Shown one piece after another: positions 37,729 through 47,048 of a stretch of 64,000 bases of DNA; within the stretch, counting starts at the first letter, position 1, and every line of letters starts with the position of its first letter. Under the pieces are notes generated by a model. That model was not told where the DNA came from. It saw nothing but the letters and a program-made list of their open reading frames with translations, and searched no databases. The stretch spans positions 124,001 through 188,000 of the IMG/VR virus record IMGVR_UViG_3300048927_000250; one strand, given 5' to 3'. The translations under genes and the position numbers were made by a program.

Positions 37729-39261
37729 TTATAAATCGAGCAGGAAGCGTGACGCAGACGTTTCTTCACGACGGGTGTCGCGGCTACGGCTGTTATGGTC
37801 AATCGCGGCGGTAATCAGGTCGTCCATGTCGTTCACGATGTTTTGCAGGACACTACTGTCATTTGCTTTCATCGGAGACAACAGGCCATCACAGAAGACC
37901 GGTGAGTTAAACGGTTCCATTGGACTACCGTCAACGGAGATTTTAATCAGCATGTCAGTAGTAACACGGATGTTCACGGACATGTTGAACGGCAGCTGGT
38001 TGTTACGAGACAACAGCAGACCCAGGTCGGTTTCCAGACGCAGTTCCAGCGCCTGTTCGTAACGGGAGATATCCATGTCACGAATCAGCGGCATTGCGTT
38101 GATAACGCTGCAACGAATTTGACCGTCGAGAGTTTCGTTGGTCATTTCGATGATGGCAGACGAGATGAAGTTGTTCATGACCAGAGCAGGTAAGGTCTTC
38201 GCAATCATCTCAGCGGCCATGGTCACGTTGTTCGCGCCACGCCATTCGTTGGTATCACCACGACGAACACGGTTGGTGTCGGTATGACGAGCAGAGCCGA
38301 AGCCTACCATCATTGCACGCACATCACGCGGCCAGTCAACACAGTCCTGGAATTCAGAGAATGTGATTTCGGCATTGCGTTCGTATTCGGTACGAGACAG
38401 GAAGTTACGGAACAGTTCATTACGGTGCAACTCGGTGCCACGCAACATCGCTGCTGCACGTTCGCTCGGGTTGAGGTCGTCCTGACGTTCCATTTCTTCG
38501 TCCATACGGTTATCGTCAGAATGACGGGTACCGCGTTCGTTCTGGTCAACGGTTTCCGCCGTTACACCGGTACGAATGATATCGGACAGGTAGTTCGCTG
38601 GGTTGTTGTGGATACGACGGGCTGTCTTAAAATCACCGGACAGGTTCGTACGGGAATCGTTGTACGCATCAGCGCCACCGAAACGTCCCACGGTTTGTGC
38701 TTCGGACTTCTGGAAGAAGATGTCCTGTGGACGAATCAGAGTATCATGGTTCTGCACGCCAATGAGGTTACGTTCCGTTGCACGACGGCCACGGATGATG
38801 TACTCACTGGATTCCATACGGCTACCACGACGACGGCCACGACCCGTTTCAATTTCTTCATCACGGATGGTGAACGTGTTGTTGATGTACAGCACGGTAT
38901 CCGGGTCCATCTCACCGGACAACGACAGGTCAGCTTTGTCAGTAAAGCCGGTCAGTACCTGACGGCAGGAAGACCCTGCGTAGTCTTCGGTCAGGACCAC
39001 GATGATGAACGCCAGACGTTCTTCATCCCAACCGTTGGCAATCTGGATAATGTCATTACGACCCACATCGGCACGCAGTTCCAGGATTTCACCTACAGCA
39101 CGGGCGCAGGTGGAGGCATCCAGGTTACGCCCATCATTGGTTTCACGCAGGAAGGTTTCACGTACATGGTCAGAACGACGGTTCGGGACGTAGTGACGAC
39201 CGTACTGGTCTTCTTGACCGGAAGTTACGTAGAAGGTTGCTTCAAGTACACGCGGTTCCAT
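37729..39261 (-). CDS. picA: Phage-nucleus protein import factor PicA/Imp1 (phiKZ gp69-like)
   Basis: 510 aa directly after the gp68-like gene; IANGWDEERLAF, LTGFTD and LIRPQDIF segments; assignment mainly by synteny. Confidence 0.75.
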   Translation of the reverse strand: MEPRVLEATFYVTSGQEDQYGRHYVPNRRSDHVRETFLRETNDGRNLDASTCARAVGEILELRADVGRNDIIQIANGWDEERLAFIIVVLTEDYAGSSCRQVLTGFTDKADLSLSGEMDPDTVLYINNTFTIRDEEIETGRGRRRGSRMESSEYIIRGRRATERNLIGVQNHDTLIRPQDIFFQKSEAQTVGRFGGADAYNDSRTNLSGDFKTARRIHNNPANYLSDIIRTGVTAETVDQNERGTRHSDDNRMDEEMERQDDLNPSERAAAMLRGTELHRNELFRNFLSRTEYERNAEITFSEFQDCVDWPRDVRAMMVGFGSARHTDTNRVRRGDTNEWRGANNVTMAAEMIAKTLPALVMNNFISSAIIEMTNETLDGQIRCSVINAMPLIRDMDISRYEQALELRLETDLGLLLSRNNQLPFNMSVNIRVTTDMLIKISVDGSPMEPFNSPVFCDGLLSPMKANDSSVLQNIVNDMDDLITAAIDHNSRSRDTRREETSASRFLLDL

Positions 39262-39276
39262 TTATAGGCCTCGTTA

Positions 39277-40830
39277 TTAGGAATTGAGTTTAATGTAAAA
39301 GTCTGCTAACACCTGGCGGAAATTCATCGGCACGATGTAGCAACTGTCTTCGACGCGAATCATTTCTGATTCATCGTGGATAGCATCAACAACTTGTGGT
39401 GACCAGCAGTGGTCTGAGCACGCCGCCATGATTGCTTCAATTGCAATCACCGCCGGGTTCTTAGACGTGGTGCGGTTACCTTGTTTGTTCAGCTTCACGG
39501 TACGTCGATAAGGGAGCAACTTCTCCAGCGCCGAGTTCTGGTAATCTTTGGTTTGAACACGGCCGAATTTGTTGTCCCCTAGAGAGGGGTCACGGCGTCG
39601 AGCTTCGCTTGCGCCAATCAATTCTGCGATGGTGGAGAATCCCCACTCATGACAGACGACCTGTGCAATCGACATCAGCTTGACCGTACCATCTCGGTTG
39701 ATGTATCCGTAAGAACGTGGCGTAACGACCGGCTTGGTAATTAACCCTGCCAGACGCATCTGAAACTCTTTCGGGTTGAAAGACTTCCTTGCCATGTTCA
39801 TGTTGATTTGATGACGCACCATCTCCAGGTCAATGTCCGGCTTTATCGCCAGTGCATTCGCCCTGTCGTCTTCTGTATAGAAGTCGAAGATGGCTTCTGT
39901 TACCTCCGAAACGTTAGCACGTAATGTATGGTTCTCCGCTGTGGATGTATTGTCCTCTTCGTTTTTGCCACCACGGTCTATCTCTTTATCGCGGACACGG
40001 AACCCCTGGCGTTCTTCTACGGCTTTGACACGGGTGTCAATGTAGTTGAACAAGTTCGCAATGACGTTCCCCGTCTTCTCCTGGTCATCGTCTTTGTGCG
40101 ACAGACGAATCTGGGTCAAACGGTCAACAACGCATTGACTGAACATCCAGTCTGGCATGTCCAACGTCCCAATCCCTTGCAGTAACGTACTGGTGCCGGA
40201 AATGATTCCTTTGTGCTCCAACGTTGCACTCACGAATTCTTCCAGACGCTGATAAGCATTGCTCTCAGCCAGTACCGTTTGTTCCACTAACCCCAACGCC
40301 CGTTTCTCTGGGAACGTATCGGTTATTGAGTTACGCATCCCGAGGTATTCCCCCCAGATAGGTAACATCACTTTCAGTACCACCGACAATGCTGTCAAGT
40401 CATGGTACTCAGGTTCCAGGTAGGTTTGCTCTACCCGGTGTCCGTCGTTTAGGGTGGTCGCCAACGTATCCGGGAAACGGATGTCGCTGTGCGTTTTCAC
40501 CCAATGGCACATCAGGTCAACCGGATGCAATGCCATTAATTTTTTCACCACGTCCCGTACTTCACGGAAGCGGTATGTTTGGTTAATCGTGTTATTCAAC
40601 GATTCTGCTGCTTCTTTAAACAACGCAAAGACTTCACGGGTTTCATCATCCCCCATCTTCTCACGCCATTCCCAATAATTGTTAATGTCGCGGAAAGTAT
40701 CGTTGATGTCGCCTGCCCGGATTTTCGAATAGTACCCAAGGTTGTAAACAATCTGTTCACTCCCATGCTCGATTATAACCGCTTTGGTTTCACCGAGCAG
40801 CTCAACATCAGAGCGGATTCTCATTGACAC
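39277..40830 (-). CDS. Non-virion RNAP promoter-specificity subunit (phiKZ gp68-like)
   Basis: 517 aa; QTYLEPEYHDL..LSVVLKVMLPIWGEY segment; synteny. Confidence 0.8.
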   Translation of the reverse strand: MSMRIRSDVELLGETKAVIIEHGSEQIVYNLGYYSKIRAGDINDTFRDINNYWEWREKMGDDETREVFALFKEAAESLNNTINQTYRFREVRDVVKKLMALHPVDLMCHWVKTHSDIRFPDTLATTLNDGHRVEQTYLEPEYHDLTALSVVLKVMLPIWGEYLGMRNSITDTFPEKRALGLVEQTVLAESNAYQRLEEFVSATLEHKGIISGTSTLLQGIGTLDMPDWMFSQCVVDRLTQIRLSHKDDDQEKTGNVIANLFNYIDTRVKAVEERQGFRVRDKEIDRGGKNEEDNTSTAENHTLRANVSEVTEAIFDFYTEDDRANALAIKPDIDLEMVRHQINMNMARKSFNPKEFQMRLAGLITKPVVTPRSYGYINRDGTVKLMSIAQVVCHEWGFSTIAELIGASEARRRDPSLGDNKFGRVQTKDYQNSALEKLLPYRRTVKLNKQGNRTTSKNPAVIAIEAIMAACSDHCWSPQVVDAIHDESEMIRVEDSCYIVPMNFRQVLADFYIKLNS

Positions 40831-40880
40831 TTCTCCTTAAAAAGTATAACCATTGTCAATAAAGCCAATGCTTCACTTAG

Positions 40881-40896
40881 GTAATATATACTCGAG
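40881..40896 (-). promoter_or_regulatory. phiKZ-type early promoter
   Basis: CTCGAGTATATATTAC on the - strand, upstream of the gp68-like gene. Confidence 0.75.
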
Positions 40897-40915
40897 TCTT
40901 TTTAAGATTCGGAAT

Positions 40916-40943
40916 AAACCGTCGCGGCCTTAGCCGCGACGGT
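40916..40943 (-). terminator. Intrinsic terminator
   Basis: ACCGTCGCGGC/GCCGCGACGGT stem followed by TTTATT on the - strand. Confidence 0.8.
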
Positions 40944-40984
40944 CATCGCTGTGCTGTCTTTGCTACATGCTCAGACGAAGGGAA

Positions 40985-41764
40985 TCAGAACGGGATGTCG
41001 GAATCGAAATCGCCGCCAGTGGCGCTACCACCACCAGTTTCGCCGCCCCATCCGCCGCCTGTAGCCTGCTGTTGAGGAGCTTGTTGTTGCTGGTTCTGTT
41101 GAGGTTTGCCCCAACCGCCGCCGCCCTGGCCGCCGTTCCCACCACCGTTCCGGCCGGAGAAGGCATTCTTGCGTTTGTTCTCTGAGGCAATCTTTACCTC
41201 ATCGCGGTCCATGTAACCGGCGTCAATCAGACGGAAGAACTGACGTTCGAAGATTTTCGCTTTCGCACGGGCCACCAACATGGAGGCTTCGTTGTTCGGC
41301 AGGATAGAACCGTCTTTCGCCTGGTAGACAACGTCACGACCCGGCTTGAAGTAGAACTTCACGCTTGGACGACCCTGTTGCGCCAGACCGAAGAACACAC
41401 CATCGTTGTCACGCATGATAACCAGTGACACGTCCAGCTCTTTTTTATCCAGCTTCTTACCGAACTTCCACAGCACCATGTTACCCACTTTGAAGAAATC
41501 ACGGGTACCAGAGGCAATGGCGTGGAGCTCGTCCAGAATAATCTGGAGGTTTTCCGGGTCGGTATAGAAGTCGATGCGACTGTTTTTATCATCGGTACGC
41601 AGGTTAACACCGATGTGCGGGATAGCCACTTTACCGTTTTCTTCGTAACGGAAGTCCCAGAACATGAACGGTTGTTTGTCACCGCCATTCAGGGGGTCCG
41701 CGAACAGACGCATGTTCCAGTCATCCAGTAAACGCGTCGGTCGGTTCAGCTTGTTATCAGCCAT
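40985..41764 (-). CDS. chmC: Nucleus-associated nucleic-acid-binding protein ChmC/Imp6 (phiKZ gp67-like) with an SSB-like tail
   Basis: Immediately upstream of the gp68-like gene; folded N-domain plus a G/Q-rich disordered tail ending DFDSDIPF. Confidence 0.7.
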   Translation of the reverse strand: MADNKLNRPTRLLDDWNMRLFADPLNGGDKQPFMFWDFRYEENGKVAIPHIGVNLRTDDKNSRIDFYTDPENLQIILDELHAIASGTRDFFKVGNMVLWKFGKKLDKKELDVSLVIMRDNDGVFFGLAQQGRPSVKFYFKPGRDVVYQAKDGSILPNNEASMLVARAKAKIFERQFFRLIDAGYMDRDEVKIASENKRKNAFSGRNGGGNGGQGGGGWGKPQQNQQQQAPQQQATGGGWGGETGGGSATGGDFDSDIPF

Positions 41765-41832
41765 TGTTCATTCGCCTTCTTAGGTTTTGATAAGGGGTCC
41801 ACATTAGATAAGACCCGTTCGTAAAAAATGTC

Positions 41833-42693
41833 TCACAGCAGGCGCTGGAGCTGCTTCGCCAGGAATTGGTCCTTCATTCCCTTCAAGTTATACTTGATTT
41901 TTTCCATGGTGGTAACCGGGGTCCACTTGGCCGAGGTGGCCACTTCGAGCAGTTCACGTCGGGCTTTAATTGCCCAACGATTGAAGTGAACCCCACCGTC
42001 ACCAAACACCTGGATGGTAAAGTAGTTGAAAGGAACAATCTTCATCTCTTTACCTTCCGTCAGTTTGGTGGACCACTGACTTTTGGACTTGATGGCACCG
42101 GTATGGGATTCCAGTAAACGCAACTGGTTGAACTTGGTACGGGAGAGCAGGTCAACCGGACAATGGGTAATAATCAGCGACTTGGTCTGTTCACCACGAA
42201 GTTCGCTTCCTTTATCCTGTTCGATTAACGTGTCGGCGTCTTCCATTAACACGTAGTCCAGTGTGCGTTCCATCAGGTCGGCGTACTGCTGTTGCAACGG
42301 GGTTGTTGGGACACGCAGAATCGCCATTGGGTACTTCTTGGCGAGGTCTTTGTACCCCAGGTGGTACACACGTACCCCTTTCAACTTACCGTCCAGGAAG
42401 CCGCGTATCTGTTGCAGTTCTTCCTTCATGGTGTCTGCCATCGCCTTACAGATTTGACGATAGTGGGCGTCCATTTGTGCAGGGGACGGCGGTTTAATCA
42501 TCCGTTCCCGGTCTTCGCGTTCAATGGCGTCGTAGATGTTACGCCACAGCGTACGAATGTTAATCCACAGCGTATCGTACTTCTCATACACCGCAGGTTC
42601 TTTCAATGCTTCGATGGCCATGGACGTGCCGATGGATAACGGAAGTTCACCGGTAGCACGCTTGGCCAATATGTCATACGGGTCTGCTGCCAT
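41833..42693 (-). CDS. Conserved core protein (phiKZ gp66-like), possible degenerate PIN/FEN fold
   Basis: SIGTS, WINIRTLWRN, ITHCPVDLL and LLESHTG segments; synteny. Confidence 0.6.
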   Translation of the reverse strand: MAADPYDILAKRATGELPLSIGTSMAIEALKEPAVYEKYDTLWINIRTLWRNIYDAIEREDRERMIKPPSPAQMDAHYRQICKAMADTMKEELQQIRGFLDGKLKGVRVYHLGYKDLAKKYPMAILRVPTTPLQQQYADLMERTLDYVLMEDADTLIEQDKGSELRGEQTKSLIITHCPVDLLSRTKFNQLRLLESHTGAIKSKSQWSTKLTEGKEMKIVPFNYFTIQVFGDGGVHFNRWAIKARRELLEVATSAKWTPVTTMEKIKYNLKGMKDQFLAKQLQRLL

Positions 42694-42724
42694 GTCGTCG
42701 CTCCTTTAGATAGATGGGTTAAGA

Positions 42725-42755
42725 ACTGCTACAGGGGACCCACCCCTGTAGCAGT
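42725..42755 (-). terminator. Terminator-like hairpin
   Basis: ACTGCTACAGGG/CCCTGTAGCAGT 12-bp stem. Confidence 0.7.
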
Positions 42756-42757
42756 CG

Positions 42758-43903
42758 TCAGTGCATTACGCCGCGGACCAAGTTCACCGCGTGATTGATT
42801 CGTCCAGAAGCTTCTCCGGTACTTTGCAGGTGCTCGGTCAACAACCCGACCAGGTTCTCTTCCGTGAGCGGGGTAACCGCATTGCCCACGTTCAACAACT
42901 TGAAACCGGTGTTAACCTTGTTGTCTTTTTTACCGCCCTTCTCTATCGACGTTAAGATGTAATCCTGGTACAAGTCCTGGAGTTCTTCGAGAATCGCCCG
43001 CATGGGGTCAGTGGCTCCGTGCTCCAGTCGGATAGCACTCCCTTTCGGTAAGTTCTGTCCTTCAATTAACTGGGCAATGTCCGTGACGGTAAAGTCATAG
43101 ACTGCGAGGGTCACGTACTTTTTCGCCAGCTGATTCTCAATAAACCGGAACTCGTGCTCCACTTTATTTCGGTAAGTAATGTCCAGGAACCCTTTCGCTT
43201 CTTCTTCCCCGTGCCCACAGCGGTTCGTTGAACCGATGGAGATGTGTTTCAGAAAACGCGAGAAGGTATGGACATGTCCGGAAAGGATTGCCATCGTTAC
43301 CAGTTCAGACCATTTCTCTGCATCGTGATACGCAGGGGACTGGTGTCCTTGTAACTGGTGTAACCATGCCCCGTGCATAATAGACAGGTCAGCTTTGGCC
43401 AGGCCACGCGAATGCAACAGCTCTTTCGCTTGCTGGTAAGTCTGTTCGGCTTCGGGGTGGTACTCATCAGGAATGTACAACACGTTCAGGTCGTACTCTT
43501 CCATGTAGTCCAGCGTCATGGTGGTGAAGTACTTTACATCGCAGTTCGTTTCCATGGCTTCGTTCAACCAAAGGAAATGTTTTGACTGTCCGCGGTCATG
43601 GGAGCGCGTTCCTTCCAGGATACGCAGTTTGATGTTGTACTTTGCACACACACGCAGGACGTGCGCCATGGCCATCTGCGCCGCGTAGACGTCTTCGTCT
43701 GACATGGTAAGCAAATGGTCAAAGAAGTCGCCAGGGATGAAACAGATGTCGTACACGGCGGTTTCGGGGCTATCCGGGAAATACCGGCGAACCGCAGCTA
43801 ACGTTGACAGGGATGGCGTACGATTGTGTCCGAAATGTGGGTCACTGAACACAAAGATACGCAGCCACTCAGAAATCGTCTTCAACAAAGTCGACGTCGC
43901 CAA
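42758..43903 (-). CDS. sbcD: SbcD/Mre11-like metallophosphoesterase nuclease
   Basis: SDPHFG, GDFFD, GTRSHD, HG and GHVH motifs; the true start may be slightly downstream. Confidence 0.85.
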   Translation of the reverse strand: MATSTLLKTISEWLRIFVFSDPHFGHNRTPSLSTLAAVRRYFPDSPETAVYDICFIPGDFFDHLLTMSDEDVYAAQMAMAHVLRVCAKYNIKLRILEGTRSHDRGQSKHFLWLNEAMETNCDVKYFTTMTLDYMEEYDLNVLYIPDEYHPEAEQTYQQAKELLHSRGLAKADLSIMHGAWLHQLQGHQSPAYHDAEKWSELVTMAILSGHVHTFSRFLKHISIGSTNRCGHGEEEAKGFLDITYRNKVEHEFRFIENQLAKKYVTLAVYDFTVTDIAQLIEGQNLPKGSAIRLEHGATDPMRAILEELQDLYQDYILTSIEKGGKKDNKVNTGFKLLNVGNAVTPLTEENLVGLLTEHLQSTGEASGRINHAVNLVRGVMH

Positions 43904-44465
43904 TTTCGAAATCCTCAGTCGCGTTAACTACCGTAGCCCCTTTACTGCCCGGACCGAGTATCCCCGTCTTTGGTTTCCCGTCAAGGTAACCAAAGTCTTT
44001 CAGGATTTTGTACCAGTCCAACGCCCATTGTTTCTGCTGCGCATCACTTTGGGAGAGGTTGTTGAACATCTCTTTCTGCGCACGGATACCGAATGACACC
44101 AGGCGGTTCATCTGCGCTTGCATCATACGGGTACGGGATTCGATTGAATGGGGGTTCCCTGTCTGACGCGTCTGTACCGTACCGGTAATGGGTGGCACGG
44201 TATACAGGTGATTACCGGCTTTGTCCACAATCAATACTGGGCGGCGAGCGTTCTTTGACACTTCCGCTTCCCACATACGCAGGGCAGCCACCGAGTCTTT
44301 CGAATCCAGGTCACCGGCGAGGTATGGGAGATAACGAGTACGGAAGATGTCGATGTCAAGTTTGGGTAACTCTTCCATCGTGTACTCGGTAAGGATGTAG
44401 TCAAGGAATGACGTATCCTCAGGTTCTAAGGGAGGCGTCAGTTCCACTTCTTCGGGTTCAGTCAT
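43869..44465 (-). CDS. Conserved hypothetical protein
   Basis: 198 aa, coupled to both neighbours; core-block position. Confidence 0.65.
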   Translation of the reverse strand: MTEPEEVELTPPLEPEDTSFLDYILTEYTMEELPKLDIDIFRTRYLPYLAGDLDSKDSVAALRMWEAEVSKNARRPVLIVDKAGNHLYTVPPITGTVQTRQTGNPHSIESRTRMMQAQMNRLVSFGIRAQKEMFNNLSQSDAQQKQWALDWYKILKDFGYLDGKPKTGILGPGSKGATVVNATEDFEIGDVDFVEDDF

Positions 44466-44859
44466 CGCCGTTCGTCCTCTTTATAGTTTTCACGAAGGCA
44501 CCGTTTCGGGATTGCACTTCATGGCCGACGTTAAAGTTCACACCATTGTACTTTCCCGTAATTTCTAACACGATGGTACAAATCCCGGTGGCCGTGTCTT
44601 CCTCTACTGAACAGGTGGCGTCAGCGGTTCCAAAGACACGGGTGAACAAATCCTTGTACATCTGCTCGACAGCGGCAGCCAGTTGCTCGGGTTTGTTGTT
44701 GAAGTCTTTCATCAACGTATCGAGTGCGGCCACTTTACCGAAGTAGATTTCGCTGTAACGGTTTCGGGCAAAGATAGAGGCGGCAAAGACCTCGTCACAG
44801 ATGGTCCCGATATCGGTGGCGTAGCCATTACCGTTCAGGGTAGGGAAGACAATAGACAT
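44458..44859 (-). CDS. Conserved small protein, possibly gp25-like baseplate fold
   Basis: Start moved to ATG 44859 (MSIVF, SD GAGGA); the fold guess is weak. Confidence 0.55.
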   Translation of the reverse strand: MSIVFPTLNGNGYATDIGTICDEVFAASIFARNRYSEIYFGKVAALDTLMKDFNNKPEQLAAAVEQMYKDLFTRVFGTADATCSVEEDTATGICTIVLEITGKYNGVNFNVGHEVQSRNGAFVKTIKRTNGDD

Positions 44860-44884
44860 GGGTAAATCCTCGCAGCTGAGATAC

Positions 44885-44912
44885 AAAAAAAGAAGGGGAC
44901 CGAAGTCCCCTT
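44885..44912 (-). terminator. Intrinsic terminator
   Basis: AAGGGGAC-TTCG-GTCCCCTT with a U tract on the - strand. Confidence 0.85.
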
Positions 44913-44916
44913 GCTT

Positions 44917-45552
44917 TTAGAGTTTTTCCAGGAATCGACTGGTTGGGTCGATACCATCGTCGAGTGCTGCATCCACCAACGCATGGGTTGCCAAGAGGTC
45001 AAGTTGCTGTTCAATGAACAGTTCCTCTTCACCTTCCACGGTATGGGCACCAATCTCGTACTCTGTTACCCAACGCACGGTCTCGTCTTCTTGCTCTTCC
45101 GGTCTGGCTACGCCATTCTGGATAGCTTTCCAATACGGGTCCGGTGCATTCATTGGGGTCACATCAAATACCCCAGGTTTAGCACCCCAGGCCTCAATTG
45201 ACTGCGAATGGTAGCGCGAACGTAAGCGCGGGTTAGCCAGAAGCCAGCGGCGCATGGTATCCGGTGCCATGGAGATTTCGCTGTAATCGTCCAGGTACTG
45301 AATTACGTTATCGCGATACAGACCTCGCTTCGACGTGTTTAGCGCGTGTAAGGCGCGACGCACCGATGGGTCAAAGAGTCGGGTTAACGTGTCACGTGTC
45401 CGCTCCAGATACCCAACCGCGCGGTCAGACAAGTTTCTACTGTACTCTTCAAGACGTCGATAACCTTCTTCCAGATTACGGCGGTCGGGGATACCGAATG
45501 CCGAGGCCTGAAAGACGGTGTCATCTCCGTCAACAAAGTGAAATTTTACCAC
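44917..45552 (-). CDS. Conserved core protein (phiKZ gp59/Imp3-like by position)
   Basis: 211 aa, TAGTG-coupled to nvRNAP beta'; MRRWLLANP and DPTS segments. Confidence 0.55.
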   Translation of the reverse strand: MVKFHFVDGDDTVFQASAFGIPDRRNLEEGYRRLEEYSRNLSDRAVGYLERTRDTLTRLFDPSVRRALHALNTSKRGLYRDNVIQYLDDYSEISMAPDTMRRWLLANPRLRSRYHSQSIEAWGAKPGVFDVTPMNAPDPYWKAIQNGVARPEEQEDETVRWVTEYEIGAHTVEGEEELFIEQQLDLLATHALVDAALDDGIDPTSRFLEKL

Positions 45553-46961
45553 TAGTGAGCCCGTCCATACATTAAGTTGTTAATGGTTGCTAGTACTGGC
45601 ACACCCAGCCCCATGTTGGAAGTCATGGCGTTAGGTTTGTTCAGGTCGGCCAGACCAGATTCCGGGGACAGCTTCCGTGCAACTTTCCAGTCTTCATGAG
45701 AGAGGACCGGTTTTCCGCCCAACTGGTCGCCATCGAAGTCGGCGTTCGGACTGCGCAGTACATGCACCGAGAGAGAAATCGTGTTGTCGTGGATATTACT
45801 TTTAATCTCTGTTACGTACAGCGCCTGAATGGAGCGTAAGTTCAGAGTTGGGTTTCGACCAAGAAGTATTGGTAACCCTTTATATCCCGATTCGCGTTTC
45901 AGTTCCTCGAAGATGTCGTGTAGCCCTGCATCGTATCGACTCATGGCTTGTATCAGGTAACCGCGTGCGCTGTTTGGCGTATAACCCCGGCGCAACAGTT
46001 TACTGATGAGTTGTGGCATATACACTGCAATGGCCATTGCCCACGGCAAATGTATTTCGTCGTAGTCGTGCACACCCGCCAGCGAGGTAATTACCCCACG
46101 GAATGACGGACCGTCACGCGTACCGACAACCTGCTTACGAATCCACCCTTCCTTTTGTCCGATAATCTTCTTGTCCACGAATACGCGGAAGTCAATCATC
46201 ATCTGGAGCGAACGGAACACATGGTATTCTTTTCGCGCCAACGACATGGTGTCTTCTTGTCCCACGATACTGTACAACGCGCGCGCAGCATCGACAATCG
46301 TGAACATACTTTTCACGGCGGTCTTTGCACGGGTCGACGTTTCAGTGATAATGGAACGTTTGTTTGGCAGGGGAAGATGCTTCGGGAACAACACATGGCG
46401 GTTCTCTTTGATGCACGTATAGACATCGCGGCGACGCTGCATGTTGTTCTTAAAGATTCGGGCCGCCATCAGCGTTTCCAGAATCTCATCGAAGTTATCA
46501 ATGAAATGGTTGTACCCACGGGGAATGTTTAACGCCATGAACTGCCGATAGACAATGCTGTTCGGGTCGTCAAACTTGTAGCGCGGATTACACAGCCATT
46601 CAATGGCACTGAACCCTTCTTGCGTGAACGCTTCAAGTAGCATCCCAAGCAAGTTAGGTCGGATAAAGGCTCGCACACCTTTCGGCGTTTGTAACCACAC
46701 GTCAGAATAGAATCCACGTTCCATCACTGACAGGACTTCATCTCCACAACGCTCACACACTTTAAGATGACGTCCGCGACTGTGACCACATCCACACGTT
46801 GGCATTGTGTCAATGTAATCGCAATCGTACTCCGTAACCATCAAAGCCTTTACCACGTCGATACCTTCAACACCGGCATGGTATTGGTTCAGGATTATCG
46901 GCTCGCGCGGCAATCGTTTAATGTCTTCATCGAAGTCCGGGTTGATTAGAAATATACCCAT
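45552..46961 (-). CDS. Non-virion RNA polymerase beta' N-terminal catalytic subunit (phiKZ gp55-56.1-like), uninterrupted
   Basis: Zinc ribbon CGCG...CERCG, FRGVIT, GRNPTL, catalytic NADFDGD. Confidence 0.95.
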   Translation of the reverse strand: MGIFLINPDFDEDIKRLPREPIILNQYHAGVEGIDVVKALMVTEYDCDYIDTMPTCGCGHSRGRHLKVCERCGDEVLSVMERGFYSDVWLQTPKGVRAFIRPNLLGMLLEAFTQEGFSAIEWLCNPRYKFDDPNSIVYRQFMALNIPRGYNHFIDNFDEILETLMAARIFKNNMQRRRDVYTCIKENRHVLFPKHLPLPNKRSIITETSTRAKTAVKSMFTIVDAARALYSIVGQEDTMSLARKEYHVFRSLQMMIDFRVFVDKKIIGQKEGWIRKQVVGTRDGPSFRGVITSLAGVHDYDEIHLPWAMAIAVYMPQLISKLLRRGYTPNSARGYLIQAMSRYDAGLHDIFEELKRESGYKGLPILLGRNPTLNLRSIQALYVTEIKSNIHDNTISLSVHVLRSPNADFDGDQLGGKPVLSHEDWKVARKLSPESGLADLNKPNAMTSNMGLGVPVLATINNLMYGRAH

Positions 46962-47001
46962 TTCTCTCTAACCTCTTATGGCTTTTTCGGTACGAAAAGA
47001 C

Positions 47002-47036
47002 AAAAAAGAAGGGGACGCGAAGTCCCCTCTTTTTTA
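47002..47036 (-). terminator. Terminator after chmA
   Basis: AGGGGAC-GCGAA-GTCCCCT flanked by A and T tracts. Confidence 0.85.
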
Positions 47037-47048
47037 TCGCACTACAAC

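Noticed and set aside
33710-39267. Antisense ORFs of 259 and 327 aa over nvRNAP beta and PicA
   Set aside because: Shadow ORFs opposite conserved core genes.
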